Part shown: positions 9,430 to 13,672 of the stretch, in pieces | Layout of the letters: every line of letters starts with the position of its first letter | Position numbering within the stretch: the first letter of the stretch is position 1 | Origin: Amoebidium appalachense | Lineage: Eukaryota > Protista > Ichthyosporea | Direction of reading: 5' to 3' | Length of the DNA: 13,672 nucleotides | NCBI GenBank assembly: GCA_963693365.1 | Contig: CAVNZM010000075.1 | Coordinates: forward strand, 1-13,672 | Notes under the pieces: model-generated | Told to the model about the DNA's origin: nothing | Databases searched by the model: none | What the model saw: only the letters and a program-made list of their open reading frames with translations | Program-made: the position numbers and the translations under genes

Positions 9430-9445
9430 CCCCTACTCAATTGGA
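9430..9445 (-). promoter_or_regulatory. Polypurine tract at the host copia 3' LTR junction (…AATTGAGTAGGGG|TGTTGGA)
   Basis: Abuts TGTTGGAGT and is nearly identical to the junction of the nested element, where the LTR edge is fixed by the two LTR copies. Confidence 0.7.
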
Positions 9446-9614
9446 TAATTGTGGTATGAATTAATGCAACTGAGCTCGAGTGCTTCAGGTGCACAAAATA
9501 CAGACAATAAAGATTCCCCTACTCAATTTTAGTATGGTACACGTAGTTGCACAGTCGGATGCAACTCTCTCCCCCCCCTGAAGTATGAGGGCGCAGTTGG
9601 TTGATGACGGGTGC

Positions 9615-10172
9615 TCAGCACATGTTGAGCATCCCCACGGCCTTGGTGAAGAAAGAGGCAGACAGGGCCTTGGTGAACATGTCGGCCTTGTTGTCAGCAG
9701 AAGCCACCGGGACCACAGTGATGTTGCCCAGCAGGTGATGTTCCTTGACGGAGCAGTAGCGGACGTCGATGTGCTTGGTCTTGGGCTTAACCCCCAGGGT
9801 GTCCAGCAGGGCCCGGGCAGACTCATTGTCCCCATGGATGGGCACCGGGGTGGGCTCATCGATAGGATTAAGGCCCAGGTCGTCCATCACATAGTTGAGC
9901 CATATGGCCTCGTTCGTAGCAGCAGACATGGCCACAAATTCAGCCTCAGTGGAGCTGTGGGTGGTGATGGACTGGAGCCGAGACACCCAGGACACAGGGG
10001 AGGAGTTGATGAAGAAGACATAGCCCGTGGTGGAGCGCCGGGTGTCGCGGTGCTCGGCGTAGTCGGAGTCGGAGTAGCCAACAAGGGTGGGGGGGCCGGG
10101 ACGGTAGACAATACCCAGGTCGATGGTGGCCAGCAGGTAGCTTACAACTCTGGTAGCCATAGTCCAGTGGGT
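9615..10172 (-). CDS. pol: Copia pol C-terminus: RNase H
   Basis: THWTMATRVVSYLLAT...GYSDSDYA...RRSTTGY...SSTEAEF...GDNESA...KTKHIDVRY...ADMFTKAL, with the stop at 9615-9617. Confidence 0.95.
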   Translation of the reverse strand, partial: THWTMATRVVSYLLATIDLGIVYRPGPPTLVGYSDSDYAEHRDTRRSTTGYVFFINSSPVSWVSRLQSITTHSSTEAEFVAMSAATNEAIWLNYVMDDLGLNPIDEPTPVPIHGDNESARALLDTLGVKPKTKHIDVRYCSVKEHHLLGNITVVPVASADNKADMFTKALSASFFTKAVGMLNMC

Positions 10173-10177
10173 GACGG

Positions 10178-10570
10178 TGTTGGAAGTAGAGTCCGCTGTG
10201 ACTAGGGTCGTCGTGGCGCGCTTGGGCGCTGACCCGTTTTTTTTACTGCTTTCAGTGTGTTAACTCCATGACTGAACTCCATGACTGAACTCCATGTCTG
10301 CACCTGGCAGAGACGTGGCTTATATACCCGTGGGGCAGCAGTCTGGAATGTAATCCGGATGCCAGGTGCTAATCGGATTGGTTACTTTCATTTAGAGATC
10401 TCTGGGACCAGTGAACCAATCGTTTGCAGTCAAAACACAATTGGCAACATTCCTCAACTATGCAGATGTGCATGTGGTGATCGAGTGTCAGCGTGTGTCT
10501 GTGTACACGGAACCAATTGTAAAGCTAACATACACATATTGTGGAGTGAGCGTAAGTCTGCACTCCAACA
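10178..10570 (-). repeat. TRIM 3' LTR (393 bp)
   Basis: TG...CA ends. Minus-strand TATATAA at 10320-10326; 3x13-bp AACTCCATGACTG tandem at 10262-10300. Confidence 0.95.
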
Positions 10571-10579
10571 CCCCTACCC
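10571..10579 (-). promoter_or_regulatory. TRIM polypurine tract (GGGTAGGGG)
   Basis: Immediately precedes the 3' LTR on the minus strand. Confidence 0.8.
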
Positions 10580-10860
10580 AATTGGAGAAGTGTACACACC
10601 ACTGTAGAGAAGAGAGAGTGAGTGTGGCTGCTTGCAGGGTAGACCGGGGTGTGCATTCCACTGTGGTGCGTGCCCCGCCAATGAAGTGGAATACTTGACG
10701 TTGATGTCGCAGGCTGCTGCGGATGGAGTTTGTGGAAGCGAAAGTCTCTACTTCACGGAAATACGCTCGCGGGTGTAGGGTACAGCCTAGAAGTCGGTTT
10801 CTGGGCTCCTCCGTTCAAGGCGTCGTAGGGGACGTGAAGTTAGAGGCCGCGGTGTCGTGT

Positions 10861-10874
10861 CTGGGCCCATAACC
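10861..10874 (-). promoter_or_regulatory. Primer-binding site GGTTATGGGCCCAG (initiator tRNA-Met half-molecule type)
   Basis: 1 nt after the 5' LTR on the minus strand. It matches the recalled PBS of Drosophila copia, which is complementary to the anticodon arm of tRNA-iMet. Confidence 0.88.
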
Positions 10875-10875
10875 C

Positions 10876-11266
10876 TGTTGGAAGTAGAGTCCGCTGTGAC
10901 TAGGGTCGTCGTGGCGCGCTTGGGCGCTGACCCGTTTTTTACTGCTTTCAGTGTGTTAACTCCATGACTGAACTCCATGACTGAACTCCATTTCTGCACC
11001 TGGCAGAGCCGTGGCTTATATACCCGTGGGGCAGCAGTCTGGAATGTAATCCGGATGCCAGGCGCTAATCGGATTGGTTACTTTCATTTAGAGATCTCTG
11101 GGACCAGTGAACCAATCGTTTGCAGTCAAAACACAATTGGCAACATTCCTCAACTATGCAGATGTGCATGTGGTGATCGAGTGTCAGCGTGTGTCTGTGT
11201 ACACGGAACCAATTGTAAAGCTAACATACACATATTGTGGAGTGAGCGTAAGTCTGCACTCCAACA
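10876..11266 (-). repeat. TRIM 5' LTR (391 bp)
   Basis: By eye it differs from the 3' LTR by 3 substitutions and a T6/T8 run. Minus-strand TATATAA at 11016-11022. Confidence 0.95.
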
Positions 11267-13672
11267 GACGGTGGGCGCATGAATGTGTCGAGTAAGGACT
11301 CCCAGAGCCTGGGAAATGTCGGGGCGGGTGGTACGCGCAATCCACAGCAGGGCACCGACCAGGCTGGCATAGTCCTCCTTCTTGCTGTGGGCTGGGGTCT
11401 TGTTGCTTTCACTGGCCTGGCCCGGGACGATGGGGGTCTTGGTGCCGGACATGTGGGTGAGACGAAAACGGGCAGCCAAGTCGATGATGTGTTGACGATG
11501 GCCCAGACGCAGAGACCCGTCCTCCAGCCTGGTAAGAGTGTGCCCGATGAGCAGGGTAGGACGACCCAGGTCCTTGGCAGAGAAACGAGCCTCCAGCTTG
11601 GTGAAAAAATCGTCGATGAGCGCATCAGTGGCGGCCGTCACGGTGAAGTCATCCACGTAGGCAGCAAGGGCAATAAACGTTGGGGTCCCGGCATTCTTGA
11701 TGAACAGGCACGGGTCAGCAGCACTCACAATGAAGCCTTGGTCGAGGAGATGGTCACGGAGGGCCTCATACCACTGGCGCGGTGCCTGTTTTAGGCCGTA
11801 GAGCGCCTTGTGGAGCAAGCCGACAGCATGGGGGGCCGAGGGGTTGACGAAGCCAGGGGGCTGCTCAATGTAGATGGTCTCGTTGACGGTGCCGTTGAGG
11901 AATGCTGTGTTGACATCGATGTGGCGCAGAGGCAGACCTTGGGCCACGGAGGTAGCCAAAACCAGCCGGATGGTAGCCAGCGCAGCCACAGGTGACTCGG
12001 TGACGAAATAGTCCTGGCCAGGCTGCTGGTAGTTGCCCCGGGCCACAAGACGGGCCTTGAAAGCAGTGACGTTGCCGACGTTGTCCTGCTTGACCGTAAA
12101 GACCCAGCCGACCGGAATGACAGTGGAGCCATCCTCTGGACGGGGCACAAGGGTGAAGGTGCCGTTGTCTTCCAGGGCCTTGAGCTCACGGTGTGCAGCC
12201 TCCTCCCATTTCAGACGCTGGGGACTCTTGAGTGCAGCCCGGACAGTCTTGGGGACAACAATGGTGGAAGCCTTGATGGGTGTTGATGCAGGAGCCGTAG
12301 CCTGGGGGGCAAGGGGGGCCGTAGCAGCAGCCACGTTGGCAGTCGGGCCTCGACGTTGGTCGTTGTACACAGCGCCACTACGGGTCGTCCGGGGGAGCCG
12401 ATGTGCAGGCTCGGGCAGGATCGGAATGTCCAATTGATCACTCGGCGCTGTCCCATTGGCTGACAGACGAGACGAATCAGATTGCTGATCATTCCGGACG
12501 ATGTGATTGGCTGGCTGATTTGACGAATCAGATGACTCCAAAAAATGATGAATTCCCGGTGCGGTCGACCAATCAGATGGGACATCACGGAGGGGGTGCA
12601 GAATAGCAGCCTCGTCGAACTGCACGTCACGGCTGACGGTCATCTTGTGTGCTGCTGGAATCCAGACCTTGTAGCCCTTGATGTTAGGAGGGTAGCCCAC
12701 GAAGATGCCCTTGACGGCACGAGGCGCCAGTTTCGGTGTATCCTGTTGATGGACGTAGCAGGGAGAGCCCCAGACACGGAGCCGGCTGTAGTCGGGAGGA
12801 ATGCCGGTCCACAGCAGGGCGGGAGACGATTGGCTGCCGGTGGCTCGCGACGGGAGCATGTTGCGTATAAAAGCCGCGGTCACAGCTGCCTCGGCCCAGA
12901 ACCCCACCGGAAGGCCGGACTGCTGCAGGAGTGCCCGAACCATGTCGAGGAGGGTCCGGTTCAGTCGTTCGGCAGTCCCATTCTGTTGAGGAGAGCCGGT
13001 GGTAGTGATCTGATGGCGAATGCCGTGCTCACGGTTGTAGTCCCCGAAGGCCGTGCCCATGTACTCGCCCCCCCGTCGGACTGAAACACCTGCATGGGAA
13101 CACCGTGTTGGGTAACCGCCGCCTTGTGGTACGTCACATATGCAGCCAGTGTGTCCGACTTCTTGACGAGGGGCACGGCCGTGGTGTGGCCGGTGAAGTC
13201 GTCGTGGAATGTCGCCAAGTACTGAGCACCACCGATCGCGGGAGGGAAGGGGCCGCTGATGTCGCTGTGAACCTTGGCTAGGACCCGGGGAGCTTGGCCG
13301 GTTGATTCGGAGAAGGCAACACGGTGGGCTTTGCCGAGGGCACAGGGCTCACACACACCCGGAGACTTGGCACCGCCACCCACCAACAGGCCTGCAGACT
13401 TGATGACCGAGCGTACAGCGTTAATGCCAGCATGGCCCAGACGGTAGTGCCACGTGTTGAGGTCGGCAGTAACCTTGAGGATACGCGGAGCAGTGGTGGT
13501 TTGGGCGTCCGGGGTTGTGTCCGCGCGCAGAAGAGACACCGCCATGTGGTACAGCTTGGTGCCGACAGCCGAGCCGGTGGCCAGAATTTGATCGCCGTAG
13601 CACAACTTAACGCCGCCGCGGGTGTCAAAGCGGGGTAAAACGCCGTTGGTAGATGCCGTGAACACACTGATG
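11267..13672 (-). CDS. pol: Copia pol: protease tail, GAG-pre-integrase, integrase and RT (one frameshift at ~13068-13074)
   Basis: WHYRLGH...CEPC (HHCC); VHSD / QSDGG / AERLNRTL (DDE); GYPPNIKGYKVW (GKGY); FKARLVARG; DVNTAFLNG; LYGLKQAPRQW; YVDD; TRPDIS. The tail of ORF 11150-13060 after HAPTV is read-through into the inserted LTR. Confidence 0.96.

Larger units (their letters stand above)
10178..11266 (-). mobile_element. Non-autonomous miniature LTR retrotransposon (TRIM-like), 1089 bp
   Basis: Two direct repeats bounded by TGTTGGA...TCCAACA around a 305-bp non-coding interior with PBS and PPT. A 5-bp TSD GACGG lies at 10173-10177 and 11267-11271. Confidence 0.95.
8660..13672 (-). mobile_element. 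Ty1/copia LTR retrotransposon (5' part beyond the window), interrupted by a nested TRIM
   Basis: Domain order is integrase, RT, RNase H, which is diagnostic of copia. A PPT and TG-start LTR lie downstream. The left boundary is tentative. Confidence 0.93.

Noticed and set aside
10215-10230. 5S rRNA-like stretch GCGCGCTTGGGCG in the TRIM LTR (Cassandra-like?)
   Set aside because: Only ~13 nt, with no flanking box A/C similarity. It is better explained as part of a GGGTC…GACCC hairpin.
10205-10244. Hairpin plus T-run resembling a bacterial intrinsic terminator
   Set aside because: The context is a eukaryotic LTR, and it lies on the strand opposite to element transcription.
10262-10300. 13-bp repeats (and the 7872-8053 motif repeats) as a CRISPR-like array
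   Set aside because: No regular unique spacers, the units are too short, there are no cas genes, and the context is eukaryotic.
10281-11295. Duplicated plus-strand ORFs (MTELH…, MNQSF…)
   Set aside because: They are duplicated only because they lie in the two LTRs. They are antisense, have no motifs, and end differently.
9585-13638. Plus-strand ORFs overlapping pol
   Set aside because: Antisense shadows of a GC-rich coding sequence.

Overview
This is eukaryotic, intron-rich, repeat-dense DNA. Most ORFs in the track are artefacts of poly-C/G, (CA)n and (CT)n tracts. (1) A spliced RanGAP (RANGAP1/RNA1-type LRR) gene lies on the minus strand. Five phase-compatible exons (5781-5634, 4721-4660, 4196-4114, 3358-3256, 2829-2776) join into one reading frame, and one of its introns is GC-AG. 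(2) Right after the last clear exon is a frameshifted Penelope-like retroelement of the permuted Naiad/Chlamys type (~2745-380, minus), with a CxC linker, DKA motif and C-terminal RT. It apparently sits in an intron. (3) A dead non-LTR RT fragment (7547-7833) abuts a small TIR/MITE-like structure. (4) A nearly intact Ty1/copia pol gene (minus, >13672-9615) is split between RT and RNase H by a 1089-bp non-coding TRIM-like LTR element (10178-11266). This insert has ~99% identical LTRs, a GACGG target-site duplication and a half-tRNA-iMet PBS. Its PPT/LTR junction matches that of the host copia at 24/25 nt. All calls come from manual reading and motif recall; no searches were run. Several frameshifts fall in homopolymers and may be assembly errors.
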